NCBI RefSeq assembly: GCF_004010195.1 | Contig: NC_057719.1 | Location: 48,568,441 to 48,632,440, forward strand | Length of the DNA: 64,000 bases | Direction: 5' to 3' | Source: Chiloscyllium plagiosum | Taxonomy: Eukaryota | In this document: piece after piece, positions 1 to 13,605 of the stretch | Position numbering within the stretch: the stretch's first letter is position 1 | Layout of the letters: the number at the start of each line of letters is the position of its first letter | Program-made: the position numbers and the translations under genes | Notes under the pieces: model-generated | The model's input: only the letters and a program-made list of their open reading frames with translations | What the model was told of the DNA's origin: nothing | Databases searched by the model: none

Positions 1-260
1 CAATTTCTATGTTATCCGTTGTTTTTTTTTCTCTCTCTCTCTTATTTGACTTAAATATACACTCTGGTTAGTTGTAGGTTAGATTAGTAGTTAGTTGAGT
101 TTTGTTTTTTTTCTTTCTCGGTATTTTTTCTTTTGTTAAATTTTGGCTATTGTATATTTAAGATTTAATTGTATATCAATGTTTGTACTTGAGAGTTTTG
201 TTTATTTTTGTAAACTTGTAAAAATGTTAAATTTCTAATAAAAATATCTATAAAAAAAAA
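1..260 (+). mobile_element. Probable 3' end of an L1/Tx1-type LINE (T-rich 3' UTR, polyA signal, A tail)
   Basis: T-rich tract, AATAAA at about 237-242, A10 tail ending near 260. The family assignment is inference; no coding part is visible. Confidence 0.45.
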
Positions 261-436
261 AGATTTTAGTCATCCACCTGTTTTCTGAATGTGGATTGGT
301 GGTCCATGTCTTGTCCTACTTCAATTAAAATTGGAAGCGAGCTGGTGGAATTAAGTTGAAAATTTTAACATTTTTAGCCCAATCAATCCTTGGAGATTGC
401 AAATCAGTGGCGATATTTATCCTGTGAGTAAATTTT

Positions 437-725
437 TTTAGATTACTTACAGTGTGGAAACAGGCCCTTCGATCCAACAAGTCCACACCGACCCGCAACC
501 CATTCCCCTACATTTTACCCCTTCACCGAACACTACGGGCAATTTAGCATGGCCAATTCACCTAACCCGCACGCTTTTGGACTGTGGGAGGAAACCGGAG
601 CAAACCCATGCAGACACGGGGAGAATGTGCAAAATCCACGCAGTCAGTTGACTGAGGCAGGAATTGAACCTGGGTCTCCGCCACTGTGAGGCAGCAGTGC
701 TAACTACTTTGCCACTGTGCTGCCC
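437..725 (-). mobile_element. HE1/V-SINE-type tRNA-derived SINE
   Basis: Minus strand starts GGGCAGCACAGTGGCAAAGTAGTTAGCACTGCTGCCTCACAG..GGTTCAATTCC (A/B boxes), followed by the V-domain GGTTTCCTCCCACAGTCCAAA and a CR1-like tail GAAGGGCCTGTTTCCACACTGTAAG. A second copy lies at 20582. Confidence 0.9.
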
Positions 726-1787
726 ACAATATTTAGTAGTTCTAATGCCACAAGCTCTCACAGTTTCCGTTCCCCTGGTCTTGGCTGCAAATTCAATCAC
801 TAAATCAGGAATACTTTCTGGATTTTTAGTTGCTAATTTTTGTAAATAAAAATTGCAGGTGCTAAAAATTTCTGAGAAAAGAATAATGAATAATTGTAAG
901 AGGCAATACAGAGTGGCTGAAACGATGAATAGAGGGAGACTACAGTCAGTACCTGGCTAATTAGGTGTGTTGCACCCTGAAGATCTATTTGCCTCTCTCC
1001 CACCAATTTCCTACCCAACGAGACCCTCCTGTTTGCCAGATTTTCTGTTTTCTTTCTACTCTCCTATTCTCCAAGACCATTCACACTTCCTCTGGGTACA
1101 TTTTCATTTCTTTATTTATACAAATAGCATTTCCTTTTAGTTTGTATCATCATCCTTTCTTTTCATTTAGTCACTCCTGCTGTCCAGACTATCTTCCTCA
1201 CTGCCCTTTATCTGTGCATACCCAACCCATCATTTCTCCGCTCTTGTATTTGATTATAAACTTTAGTAAAGCCTCCACTGGGAGATAGATGGGAGGAAAT
1301 ATTGCAAATAGGTCAGGAGCTGCATTTGCTGATCCTTCTACCCTTGGGTCTACTGAGGCCCTTAAGTGGCCAAGTAATGTCAGGGAGAAACCTACTTCAA
1401 GTGACTTTCACTGGATGGTTGGTGTTGCGTGACAAAGGGGACATCCTTTGAGTATCCCTGTGCCCTTTGAAGACACACTTCTGGCTTGATGTTATCAGGT
1501 CCACAATTGAATGACAGCCTGCCAGTTTGTCACAACTTGGCAAAGATTTGGTGCATCAGTACAGCTTTGTGGTATGAGTGGGTGGTGAATTTAAGATGTT
1601 GAATCTGGCCAACTCTGTTGAAGTAATGAGCCTACATGCATCATCACAGATCTCTCAGCAGGTTGAGTATACAGATTTGCTTGCACAAAATGAAGATGAG
1701 CCAGGCCAATATCAATAGATTCAGGGCATGGCCAAAGTGCCCCCTTGGGTACCCCACCGCCCCCTGCCCTGCCTGCCAACACTCCTA

Positions 1788-1917
1788 TTCCTGATGAAGA
1801 GCTCATGCTTGGAATATTGACTGTCCTGCTCCTTGGGTGCTGCCAAACCAGCTGTGCTTTTCCACTGCCACTTTTCTTTGACTCTGATCACCAGTATCTG
1901 CAGTCCTCACTTTCTCC
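1788..1917 (+). mobile_element. Penelope-like pLTR fragment (family A) with a degenerate hammerhead
   Basis: CTGATGA-A-GAGC-TCAT-GCTT-GGAAT, then CCTGCTCC..TGCTGCC..CTGTGCTTTTCCA..ATCTGCAGTCCTCACTTTCTCC, matching the end of the GIY-YIG-bearing copy at 41105-41805. Confidence 0.8.
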
Positions 1918-2697
1918 AAAACAGGAGAAATTGCCTGACTCAGAAATTGATGATGTTGCAAAAGTAAAATACTTATTTACATAAAGCAACCACCTTCTGT
2001 GATGGAAATTTATTAGGTTAAAGGACTCCAGATGTTGTTGTGGGTGAAGGATAAGGTCTTTCTCAAAGAATGCTGACATCAAATATGGATTTCTTGTGAG
2101 GTTGCCACATGCTTGATGCCATCAATCTGTTAAATCAAACCGTGGCCTGACTGAGTTGCAGTTCACAACGTAACCCTGCTCCTGGTAAACATGCTGACAT
2201 ACACATCTGATTGGTTGTGGAGAATCCCCCTTCCCTTTTCTAATTGGCCCAGCTTTCCCACTTGGTGGCTGCTAACTGCTCAGCTGAACCTTGGCTTGCC
2301 ATGTTGAACTGATAGTGATGGGAAGAAAAAGTGTCTCTTCCTTTTCCACCTCCTTCACCCTAGTAGAAACTGTAAAATCCCCTCCCCCAACAATCTTCCC
2401 ATCCTCACCCTAAAACCCCCAGCTCAAATCTGATGCTGTTGTTGTTGGACTGCAAAGCTTCCAGTTAATCCATTGACTGAATGTGGGACTTCCTTCTGTA
2501 GTGGTAATAGAAGTATCACCTTAAGCCAAACAATATCCCACTGTGTATGTAATGGCTGTGGACCTTTTTTGTGCAGGCTCCCATTTGACCTTTTAGTCAG
2601 TCGTGGGAAGAGTATATAACACAGCATTCTGTAAAACCCAGTCGATAAAGGCAGGGTATGTCACCTCAGTGGAACTGATGGAACACATGCTTTCTCT

Positions 2698-2860
2698 TCA
2701 TAGAACATAGAACATTACAGCACAGTACAGACCCTTCGGCCTTGTTGCACCCACCCATGGAATCAATCTGAAACATATCTATCCTACACTATTCCATTTT
2801 CATCCATATGTTTATCCAGTGACCATTTAAATGCCCTTAAAGTTGGCGTGTCTACTACTA
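2698..2860 (-). mobile_element. CR1 LINE 3' end, older subfamily with (ATGTTCT)n tail
   Basis: CATAGAACATAGAACATTACAGCACAGTACAGACCCTTCGGCC is the reverse complement of a CR1 3' stem-loop and tail. Confidence 0.75.
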
Positions 2861-5800
2861 TATCTGTAAGGTTTCTGCAAAAGTTGTTTTCATGAAAATG
2901 GTTAAGTAAAACCTGATCATAAGTGCTGTGGTAAGGGTAGAAAGCAGTTTAGCTCTAGCTGAGGTTATGTCTTAGTTGATTAATCACTTGATCATCTTAC
3001 AGAAAATGTTCTTGAAGAGTATTGGTCAGTAGTTAAGTAAGTCAATTATCTTTGTTCAACATGAATTTGCTGGGATTTAGTCTTCAAAGATGGGGAAGGA
3101 AAACTGAAAGGAAAGTACAACTTGTGGATCAGGATTTTTCATAAAATATGTGGTGCTTTGCAAGGATGTCTTGGTAGCAACCTATGTACTCAGTCACTAA
3201 CTGGTACTGAGCATAACATCTCTGTCATAAATGTTGAAAATCTGCCCCTGAGTCCCATGGCTTTTTTCTCACAGGATGTGATGGGTTTAAACAGGGTGAC
3301 ACCTCACTTGGTGAATTCCCTTTGATAGGAATCTTTGGTTATTATCTCCTACAAGAAGATTGAGCATTTCAGGTAAATCTTGTGTGTCCCAAATAATATG
3401 GAAGAATTCACACATGAAATGCGGGTATGTTAACTTAGAGCAAGAGACTTTTGGGCCCAGTAATTGCTGCCTGGCAACGTAGATCTTTATATCTGGTTTG
3501 AGACTCCTTAACCGCAGGGCACTATGAACAATTAATTGTACAAATATTGTTTTTAGATGAAAAATGTGCTGTGCCTAGTGAGGGCAAAGTGAGAATGGAG
3601 AGAGTGTCTAATGTGCTTTGCCCTAGTGGAGATGTTAAGTTATTTTTAGCATTGCTCTACAATTCTACCATTGTATGAGATGGCACTCAGTGCCACTTTG
3701 CTATTTCTGGGTGCCATTCCTGGTATGCTTGCTGGCATGCACATTCCAGTCTGAGCCTTTGGACCAGTTTCCAAGGAGATCTTGAACGATGCAAGATGTT
3801 TAACTTGGCACCATTGAAGCTCTTCTGAACTTTTATGTATATCTTGTCTGAATGCTCAGTTTAAGTAGCAGTACTCAGGTATAAATCCTCAAACATGGAA
3901 AGGTTGGTGAAACATGCAGAGCAATTTTTTCATGTGAGTGAACTGAGCACTTTCTTTCTTGTGTCATTGAATCCCAGTACTGAAGGCTGAACTATGTTTT
4001 TAAAGGCTGCTCTCCCGTTTCCATATACTCCAACAATTTACACCAGTTTTACAATGGATTTAGTTTGCAGGAAAACTACTCCATAAACATTTCTTCAGAC
4101 ATCTAGGGAACACAAATAGTTTTGTGAAGATTATGAAGAAGAAATTCATTGGTAATTCAACTGGTTCCTGATAAAATGTCTTCAGTACTCATGTTAACTA
4201 GGACATGACGTCACATTGTGTGATGGTGGATAAATGCATTGTGGAATGAAGATGTACATGGAGGTGCTTATGATTCTACAAACACTTGAGTGATTCTAAG
4301 TGTTGCATTCTCCATTTTTAATATGTTCCAGTGCTACTGTTCTCCTTTGGATGGCATGAGAAAAAAAATACTTTCTTTGTGTGTTTCAAACTTTTACTGT
4401 TGGGACTGATGAAAATTGAATTACTAGAGCTATCAAAGGCATGAAATCTAAGATATGCTGTGAGTGAATTTGTGAAATTTTTACAGGCCTGATATTGATG
4501 GCTTACTTTCAATGTAAAAATGCATTCTGCTAACAAGCTATACAGGAAAATATCAAGGTCAGATGCAAAACAACCTAAAAGGCAGAGAGGAAAATCAAGA
4601 CAGCGTGCTGTTCTTCACCACCTTCACATATCTTGCAGTGGTTTGCTACAGATCATTCTGTGAAATACATGTTGCAGAATTATGTGGGACACTTCATAGT
4701 ACTAATGTTGTAGAGAAATAAATTGCTTACTGGCTCTTTTCTGAAATGATGTATAAAATTGAATATGTAGCAGACTGCGGAATGTGACCAACTCTGATAA
4801 GGCAATGCAGTTGCTGATTACCACATACCCTGGGCCTAGTGCCATGTTGCTAATCTGGTTTGGTCTGAATTAATTTTACTGAATATGTAATGACCAGAGA
4901 GAAACATTTTTGTGGTGGTTTTAAATCTTAAGACTAAAAGATCATACTAATTGATTATTAGATGTTAATCTTCAAATTTGGAACTCTGCTGGAACCTAGC
5001 TCTGTTTACTATTGTATAATCTGTGTGCAATGACATCATTTATAAAATTACAACATTGTGTGAATTCGAGACATGGTTCAAATCGATCTCTGTTTAAAAG
5101 CACTTTGCTTGGTCTACAGGGAATTTTGACATTTTTGGCAAGTAGGAGAAAAACTAGTTCGAGGCAAGAGACCTCCTTTCTCAGTTAAATGTGTTCTGGT
5201 TGATGAAGGAATGACAGCAAACTGGAGTATAAATCAAATCCATAAATGCCATATTCATTAATTGTAGCAGAGCATTCAATTTTACTCTGAAGTGGTTGCA
5301 TGTTTGAACTAAATATGTGACGTTTGTTGTAATCACTAAAGCTTGAAAAATGCCCTTGAACGTACAATAATTATGAACGAACTAGACAGGATAATTTTAA
5401 ATAAATTGTGTGGAAGAAGTACCTTGCTGGCTTGTTGTGCATTTCCTCTTATTTATCCATTAAATTCAGAGACTTCTGCTTGAATAGTGGTATGACATCT
5501 ATTTATGAAGGTCATACACCCAATGGTAAAACATGGCCACCAATGAAGTCACAAATGTGCTATGTATATTTGTTCCAACAATTGTAATAATACCATAATG
5601 CTGAAGCTTTATATTTAACAATAAAAGAACTGAGAAATATCCTAATTCTCAATGATTTAGGAACATTATCAGCAATGTGAATTTTTGGAATATATTTTCG
5701 CTGTTAGCATAAAGCATGACCTGGCACAGCCCAGGGTTATCCTCCAATGTTCACAAATACTTTCTTGTTAGAAGAGTCAACTGCTTTGTATGAAATATAA

Positions 5801-6303
5801 ACCGGCATTTCCACAAGATTCTTTGGCTTGTCTCCATGGGATAAGAATAGACTGAGGAAATAAAATAGCTTTGAGGAAAGATGAATGAAAGGATTCATTA
5901 AACTATTTTCCATCCACTTGGTTGAGATGAAGCCTGCTCCCAAGCCTCTGCCAGATGTACAAAAAGAGCCTGGGATGATTGAATTTCTCTCCCACCGTCA
6001 CCTGTGGAAATGTACCTCATTCATTTCATTTCCTGATATTCCTGAGGTCCTTTTCTTTCTTGATGGTCATCTTAGAGTTTGTGGAGTAAGACGTTCAGCG
6101 ACAGATCTGGATCTGATCACTACATTTGTAAAATTTGCTCATTGGATGTAGGGATTGTTAGCTAGACTGACATTTACTGCCCATCATGTCCTTGAAAAGG
6201 TTGTGGTGAGGTGCCTCCTTGAACTACTGTAATCCTTGGGGTATATGAACACTTACAGTTCTGTTAGAACGCATTTCAGGATTTTGTTCATGGCGATGTC
6301 ACT

Positions 6304-6846
6304 GTTATGGACCATCCCAAATCCTCTTCAAATATATCAAGGAGATAACCTAAACCGTAACTTTTTCTTATTTAAAGACAAGTGTAAGGTACTGTGTTCT
6401 AGATGTAATCCAATTGTAATTTGCTTAAATTCCAAGTAAAGCACACATTATTCTGACTCTACAGTTAACATTTAAACAAAAGGAAGAAGAATTGGACTAA
6501 CTTTAACTTTATTGGAAAACTTAACAGAATAATAGTTTATTTAACAGCAACTGTTCCAGTATAGTAACACCCCATAAACACGTCATTGGCACAGGGAATC
6601 TCATTAAAATAGATTGTCTCTCATGCAATGTTTCTCCAGTCCAGGAGGAAAGAACATCAAGAGAAAAGATCTTGCAGAAAAAACTCTAGCATTTTAATGT
6701 AGAAGGGAGAGATGAATGGTAGCTTCAAAATCCCAGGACATAGGACTGTAGATTCAAAGCAGAGCATAGACTGGGACTTTACAGTTTGGTGCTGAAGTAT
6801 GAAACACAGTGCCTTGGATTGTGTCACACTTGCCATGTCTATGACA
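6304..6846. mobile_element. Probable solo LTR
   Basis: Begins TGTTAT and ends ATGACA (TG..CA with short inverted termini). It abuts an L2/SINE-tail relic at about 6130-6300. No TSD seen. Confidence 0.5.
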
Positions 6847-7149
6847 AGTTTTCTGGAATGATTATCCACTGTTCACCTCTTTTTATATTTGTGTTCAATG
6901 GGGACTTCACAGGAGCATTACGTGTGGATGGCTAGCTGAAATTCTCACCCTTACCACTGGCAGCTTCCAGTGCTGAAGGTTCTAGTGCCAAATTTAAGAG
7001 TCGCCATGTTTCCTTTGACCCCTTGCTGCAGTCATCACTCTTACCCGCCCCTGTCCCTGGAGATATCTGCCGAGCACCAGAATGTGGCTTCCAGCTTTCA
7101 TGATGCCTCTACAGCTACTCTTCCCCAGCCCGCTCTGGCCAAAAGTCTT

Positions 7150-7720
7150 CCTTTATGAAGGGCGAATGATGTCTTCCCCTGAGAAACATTTGAGGGAGGA
7201 GGTCAGCCCCTCTGATGTTCAAAAATATGGTGGGATCCAGTGCACAAAATAGATAAACATTCTTCTGCCCTTCTTCTGCAATGGTAAGTGCCACTATGTT
7301 CTCACTGTAACCTTACATTCACAGGGCCATCAGTCTAACACTGCCAATGTCATAGGCATGCTGTTCTCAGCATTACATGCTTGAAGTAATATCAGGACTC
7401 ATGCACCCACCTTATGCTGTTAGTCTTCTAATACTTTCTGGGCACAATGCTTTCTACTGACTGAGGAGGGATCACTAACTTGACAAGGTTATATATCAAG
7501 TAATCTTGCATTTATTCTCATCATATTCAACTCTTCTTTTGTTGAAGTGTTCAACTGGCACACAATGTGAAGAAGAGAGCTCTGACTGGTTGCAGCCTTT
7601 ATGATCTCTCTATTCTCACCTATGAAGATGACTCAGTGCAGCTAGCAGTTGAGGACCGAGACTGATCCTGCACTGATGGAAATGGAAGGACAGGCAGAAT
7701 TCAGTGAGCAACATTCTTGT
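7150..7720 (+). pseudogene. Harbinger (PIF) ORF1 Myb/SANT-like DNA-binding protein relic
   Basis: About 7235-7265 translates IQCTK*INIL (cf. QCRKRxNDL), followed by GTAAGT. About 7555-7650 translates LAHNVKKRALTGCSLYDLSILTYEDDSVQLA (cf. KxAHNxRExxxTGGG..LT..E). Degraded. Confidence 0.6.
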
Positions 7721-8406
7721 CTGCACTTCTCAGATTGTCAGCCACTCTCTTATATTCCACTACATAAGGGTTTGTACTTCTTCACCATATAATTCTCTCT
7801 TTTGTCTCCCATGTGTGAATGATCTACAGAGAGTGAAATGGAAGAGGCCCCAGAGGTTGCCCAAACAAATACTTCTGAGGACAAAGCCAGTGACACCTCA
7901 GAGGATGTGCCAGCAAGACCATCTCCAGTGCCTCCACCAGCTAAGGGACTGTCGCCTCAGTAGGTGCGTATATCAGCTAGAGTAGACTCACCAACACCAT
8001 CTATTGAGTATATCTGTCACATGTATTCACAGCCTGTGGAGTTAGAAAGACTTATAACCTCTGACACTCATTGAGCTCCCAGAGACGAGGCCCCTGCTGA
8101 GCCCCATACAGAAGTGCATCAGTTCTTGATTACAATGTGCTCAATCAGTATGGAGAATGTAGGAATAACATGCAGTGACACTTGATGTCATCACCTGATT
8201 GGAGGAAATTGTCCACATTGTACCTCCTGCAGTGGCTTCACAGTGGCAGCTGCCTTGGAGAGCCAGATCCATCCAATGCTCAGTGGAAGTAGGCAAAGCA
8301 CACCTGATAGTTGACTCTCAATATTCTTCACAAAAAGATAAGGGTGAACTGTTAGGATTTGTACACCTCACTGATAATGAGAGCTCACGCTCCGAGAATA
8401 GAATTG

Positions 8407-9057
8407 CAGGTAGATAGGATAGTGAAGAAGGCGTCTGGTATGCTTTCCTTTATTGGTCAGAGCATTGAGTACAAGCTTTGGGAGGTCATGTTGTGGCTGT
8501 ACAGGACATTGGTTAGGCCACTTTTGGAATATTGCAAGCAATTCTGGTCTCCTTCCTATCAAAAGGATGTTGTGAAACTTGAAAGGGTTCAGTAAAGATT
8601 TACAAAGACATTGCCAGGATTGGAGAATTTGAGCTATAGGGAGAGTTTGAATGGGCTGGAGCTGTTTTCCCTGCAGCATTGGAGGCTGAGGGGTGACCTT
8701 AAAGGTGGTTTATAAAATCATGAGGGGCATGGATAGGTTAAATAGACAAAGTCATTTCCCTGGGATGGGGAGGCCAGAACTAAAGGACATAGGTTAGCGT
8801 GAGAGGGGAAAGATATAAAAGAAACCCAAGGGACAACCTTTTCACACAAAGGGTTGCATGTGTATGGAATGAGCTGCCAGAGGTTGGTACAATTGCAACA
8901 TTTAAAAGGCATCTGGATGGGTATATGAATAGGAAGGGTTTGGAGGGATATGGGCCGGGTGCTGGCAGGTGGGACTAGATTGGGTTGGGATATCTGGTCG
9001 GCATAGACGAGTTGGACCGAAGGGTCTGTTTCCATGCTGTACATCTCTATGACTCTA
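8407..9057 (+). mobile_element. CR1 LINE, 5'-truncated (ORF2 C-terminus and 3' UTR)
   Basis: Translates VMLWLYRTLVRPLLEYCKQFWSPSY..LERVQ (CR1 RT C-terminal motif) and ends CTGTACATCTCTATGACTCTA. Confidence 0.95.
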
Positions 9058-10275
9058 ATAAGCGGTCATTGCAATGCTACAGTATAGGATCCTATCATTG
9101 CACAAGACTATAGGAAGACAACACTATGAGACTAATGACATTAAGAATGTAGCAGACTTGGGGTGGCTTTCTCAGGTTGAGTGTTCACTGATTATCCTTC
9201 TCTTTAAAGACAGGGCATGCCAGAAAAGGTAGCCCTCCGTGAGCCACTTTTCATGAAGTACGCACTGTTACACAATGCAGTTGCACCCAGTTAACACAGA
9301 GCCTAGCAATCTCTCAGCTAGGCTTCTTACCTCAAAGTTATCACATCACAAGCTGACAGGAAAAATTGTTCAGTTTTAAACTTTAATTTCAAATAATATT
9401 GAAAATGAAACACTTCTCAGTCAATGAAATGTGTTGGATAGAGATTGCAGCAGCCTCCCAGACAGCTGGTCCATAATAAACAGCATCGTAATCAGCATGT
9501 GCATGTAGTTCAGTCCTGTTAGATGCGTGTGGCTGTGAGATTTTTATGTGCCACTCTGACTCAGCAGACAATAGCCCTGCTGTCTTTGTGTCTGTAAATC
9601 CTGGGCCATCTGACTCTCAGCTTCCTCCTCAGAGAGATCTCCCCCACCTCTATCTCTTCCTGGCCTGAGACCTTTTCCCCTCTGTAGAGCCAGCGTGGGG
9701 AGAATGCAGCAAATAACTTTGGTGTGAGCATTGACCTCTCCCTGTTGAAGCCCACACAATGTTGTAAATATGTCAGTGTGAAGACTTTTGATTGCAGCAG
9801 TGGCATGAACCAAGATTTGACAGGATTGCCCTGGGTGTCTTGTTTGATGGCAGTGAATTTTAAGAAACAATTTTTCTATTTATTTCGGCTGGCACTTAGG
9901 CTGTTATGAGCCTCTGCACCAATGATTAGTTTTTATTTGTAACCCTCAGGTTTTCCAATTTGTCAATGTAAGTTGCTGGGAAGAAGGGGTATTGAAGCAT
10001 GCTTGGTAGATCAAAGTACATGAAAGTGCTCTGTGCCCACACCCATTAGCCACACACCTGCATCTGTGGACACAGCCACAATGTTTTATGTTGCTCAATG
10101 ATAAATGGTTCAACGCTCAAGATAAATTGTGACAGCAGAAACATGTGCCAGCTGACTAACTCTTTTCTTGAATGCTCTTCAGATATACACTGATCACAGC
10201 ATTAGATTGTTCTATAAAGCCAGATGGTTAACAACCAGCACGCCCAGAGATGTCACTAACCACATTTGCTGACAC

Positions 10276-10533
10276 AGGATAAAAGCAAATTACTGCGGAT
10301 GCTGGAATCTGAAACCAAAAAAGAGAAAATGCTGGAAAATCTCAGCAAGTCTGGCAGCATCTGTAAGGAGAGATAAGAGCTGACGTTTTGAGTCTAACTG
10401 ACCCTTTGTCAGGATTTTCGTTTGTCTCTCTCCCTCTGTCCACCTTCACTGCTTTCCTTTTCTCTCTCAGCTTTGACAAATATCCTAACAGATGCTGCCA
10501 GACTTGCTGAGATTTTCCAGCATTTTCTCTTTT
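10276..10533 (-). mobile_element. Foldback Penelope-like pLTR insertion (family B) with a 15-bp TSD
   Basis: Perfect direct repeat CACATTTGCTGACAC at 10261-10275 and 10534-10548. Perfect 46-bp inverted arms at 10319-10364 and 10488-10533. Degenerate minus-strand hammerhead CTGACAA-A-GGGTC-AGTTA-GACTC-AAAAC-GTC. Confidence 0.85.
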
Positions 10534-10998
10534 CACATTTGCTGACACGATGTGACTCCATGACAATGATTGTAAGGAACTGCATTCAGAGTTAGGTTTA
10601 CAGCTGTGTTCCAGCTGTTCTAGGAACATCTGCTGCTACCACACACCATAGAATTGGTGTACCAAGTGATTAAGCCAGTCATTTGTGTAAAAAAGGTCTG
10701 TGCAACATTTTTTATTTGCTTAATTTTTACCTGACTCTCCACATCCCTACCCTTTAGCCTCATCAAATGCTTTAAATGGATTTAGATTTAAATTGGTTCA
10801 TCTGAAAGGATTTGACCATTCCTGCTCGCCTAGCCATGACCCACTCCTCCTCTTCCTCACCCACCTCCTCTATGACATTTCCCTTTACATGTTGTTTACA
10901 CAAGACTTTTCCCTTCAGTTAAACAACTTCTTTTAACACTTAGCTTGGGTTCGATCTGGTTCAGTGCTTAATGAAGCAGGTGAAGTGACCTGGGAATT

Positions 10999-11413
10999 TA
11001 GAGTCATAGAGATGTACAACGTAAAAACAGACTCTTGGGTCCAACTCGTTCATGCAGACCAGACATCCCAACCTAATCTAGTCCCATTTTCCAGCACTTG
11101 GCCCAAATGCCGCTAAACCCTTCTTATTCATACGCCTATCTAGTTGCCTTTTAAATGCTGCAATTGTACCAGCCTCCACCACTTCCTCAGGCAGCTCATT
11201 CCATATACATACCACCCTCTGCTTGATAGGTTGCCCCTTATGTCCCTTTTACATTTTTACCCTCTCATCTTAAACCTATGTGCTCTAGTTCTGGCCTCCC
11301 CCACCCCAGGGAAAAAACCTTGTCTATTTACCCTATTCATGCTCCTCATGATTTTGTAAGTCTTTATAATGTCACCCCTCAGCCTCCAGGGAAAACAACC
11401 CCAGCCTATCCAG
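10999..11413 (-). mobile_element. CR1 LINE 3' end
   Basis: TAGAGTCATAGAGATGTACA is the reverse-complement tail; the segment is homologous to 8600-9057. Confidence 0.92.
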
Positions 11414-11773
11414 TCAGAGACACAGATGGACATTTCTGCAGCTGGCCGCGGAAAATTAGACTGGGTGTTGCCTCCCTGGTGCCAGGATTGAGGATATCTC
11501 GCAGAAAGTATGAAATATTCTCAAAGGGGAGTGGGACCAGTAGGTAGTTGTTGTGCACATTGGAAGTAATGACATAGGAAGGGAAAAGGATGAGCTTGTA
11601 AAGGGAGAATATAGAAAGTTAGGCAGAAATTTAAAAAGGAGGTCCTCAAGGGTAGTAATATTTGGATTACTCCTGGTGCTATGAACTAGTGAGGGCAGGA
11701 ATAGGAGGATAGGGCAGATGAATGTGTGGCTGAGGAGCAGGTGCAGGGGAGAAGGGTTCGCATTTTTGGATCC
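11413..11773 (+). pseudogene. CR1 ORF1 esterase (SGNH-like) fragment
   Basis: Translates with stops and a frameshift as CCLPGARIEDIS..ILKGE..VVVVHIGSNDIGRE..YRKLGRNLKRRSSRVVIFGLL..NVWLRSRCRGEGFAFLD, the typical vertebrate CR1 ORF1 esterase blocks (LPGA, HxGxND). Confidence 0.85.
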
Positions 11774-12089
11774 TGATATGTTTTTAACAAATTCTCATTC
11801 TAGCAGGGTGAGCACCACTTGTTAAACCTTTAGAATTAAACATTTAATAGCAAGGACCCCTTAAGTAGCCTGGCATTTAAGGGTCTTAATTGATATCAGG
11901 TAGGAGGACCAACTTGCAATTTCCCCACTGCTGGTAAAATACCAGCAATGACAGGAAGGGCAAGAGCATGCCGCCATCTCTTAGCAAACACCGATTTTTC
12001 ACATATCTTTCTTTCCAGAATGTTCCCTGGGCCCCACAAAATCTGGAGTCAGTCTGGAAGGAATGATGTAATGGACTATCATTCTCATT

Positions 12090-12400
12090 GGCTATTAACA
12101 ATTGTGATGAAGCTTTGAACAGAAGTAGACAGAATGTATAGCATAATTCATGACTTCATCCAAATTCTGTTGGAAGGAGATTCTATCATCTGGATAGATA
12201 AAATTGTATTCTACAGCCTGAGGCATCTCAAAACATTATCTGCATTTGTTTTGTGCTGCAGAATTTCACCTTTAGGAGAGGTCATTCCGTTCAGCTAGAG
12301 AAACAAGATGATCTTTCTACAGTTGTGGCAGAGCAGAAAGGAGAGGAGGAAGATGGTGAGATGCCAAGAAGACTGATGCATCAATCTTTATTGTCAGGAT
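12090..12400 (+). pseudogene. Harbinger transposase C-terminal relic
   Basis: Fragments read RRFYHLDR..LFYS..IICICFVLQNF (cf. RFRCLD..LQYSP..IIxACCVLHN), followed by an acidic stretch. Confidence 0.55.
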
Positions 12401-13159
12401 TTTTATCTGATAGTAAGACTTGGGGCATCATTTTAATAATCCTGTTATCTTCTCTGTACTACTTCAACCCTATTAAAAACACATTGTAATTAGTCACTGC
12501 TAGCTCCGCTTCTAGTATAAACGTCAATCTTCAACATTTCACAGGGAGAATCAAGCTTTGGGGCCTGGTTTATAAATTAGTGTTTGCTGACAAAAATGGT
12601 CAGGACCCTGCAGGCTTCTATCACAGTTCCACTGCAAATCAAATGAATTGCAATTGCTTGCAATAAACCTGAATTTCTACACTAGGCAGTGGCCAGGATC
12701 TGTTTCACTAGCATTAAGCTTTGGGCGTATGAAACACAGAGCAAGAGGGAAAAATGGCTGGTGAGGAGGAAGGAATGTGAAAATGGGCTGGAATGAAGAC
12801 CAAATGTAACTAAGTAGGCCAGATAGTCAATGCAATTAAGATGTTTTAAAGTTTCTCCTTATTGTCAGACTCATCACTTGGAGAATAATATGAAAGGATG
12901 GAAAGATTTACAGGAATTATAGATATAAGGTAATTTCATGATCTAGCTACAGACCCATCTTTTTGACAACATCTCCCAAATCCATGACTGAGACCATCTA
13001 GAAAGACAGGGGTAGGAGAGGGTATACAAACACCACCAGCTGCCGGGAGCACATCATCCTCATTTGAAAATACATCACCATTCTTTCATTGTTGCTGTGT
13101 CAAAGCATTGACATTTGTATATATCAGCACTGTTAGAGTACCTTCACCATATAAATGGT

Positions 13160-13605
13160 TCAAGGTTGTGGCTTAGCACTTTACAGCATTCTGGAATTAA
13201 TAATGAGTTCAACACCTTCAAATTGTGAACCAACTCCCATTTCTTCCTTTTCTTTTAGCATTACTTGTTACATTCTCTGTCACCATGTTGTCTCATCCCT
13301 CCCCCTCACCCTAGTGGGACTGTCTGTTCTTTCCAGTCTGGCAGAAGAACACACCATTGTGTTGCCACACTCACATTCAGATCACTTAGTCTGAACTGTC
13401 TTTTCTCCCACAGCCGCTCTACACCACACCACCACCCACCCACGCCAAACCTCCCCCCTGCACCAACTATAGCGTAAATGCTGCCCCCTCCACACTTCAC
13501 TTCAGCTCTAATGAACAGTCATCTAGATTTGAAACATTAGCTTGCGATCTCTCTGTAGATGCTGCCTGACCTGCTGTGATCTGCAGCATTTGTTATTTTC
13601 AGTCA
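13160..13605 (+). mobile_element. Penelope-like 3' end (family B) with a degenerate hammerhead
   Basis: CTAATGA-A-CAGTC-ATCTA-GATTT-GAAAC-ATTAG at 13508-13540, followed by GATGCTGCCTGACCTGCTG. Homologous to the minus-strand copy at 55335-55625. Confidence 0.7.

Noticed and set aside
640..725. tRNA gene (also 20582-20660)
   Set aside because: The A/B boxes belong to SINE heads followed by a V-domain and LINE-like tail; there is no complete cloverleaf.
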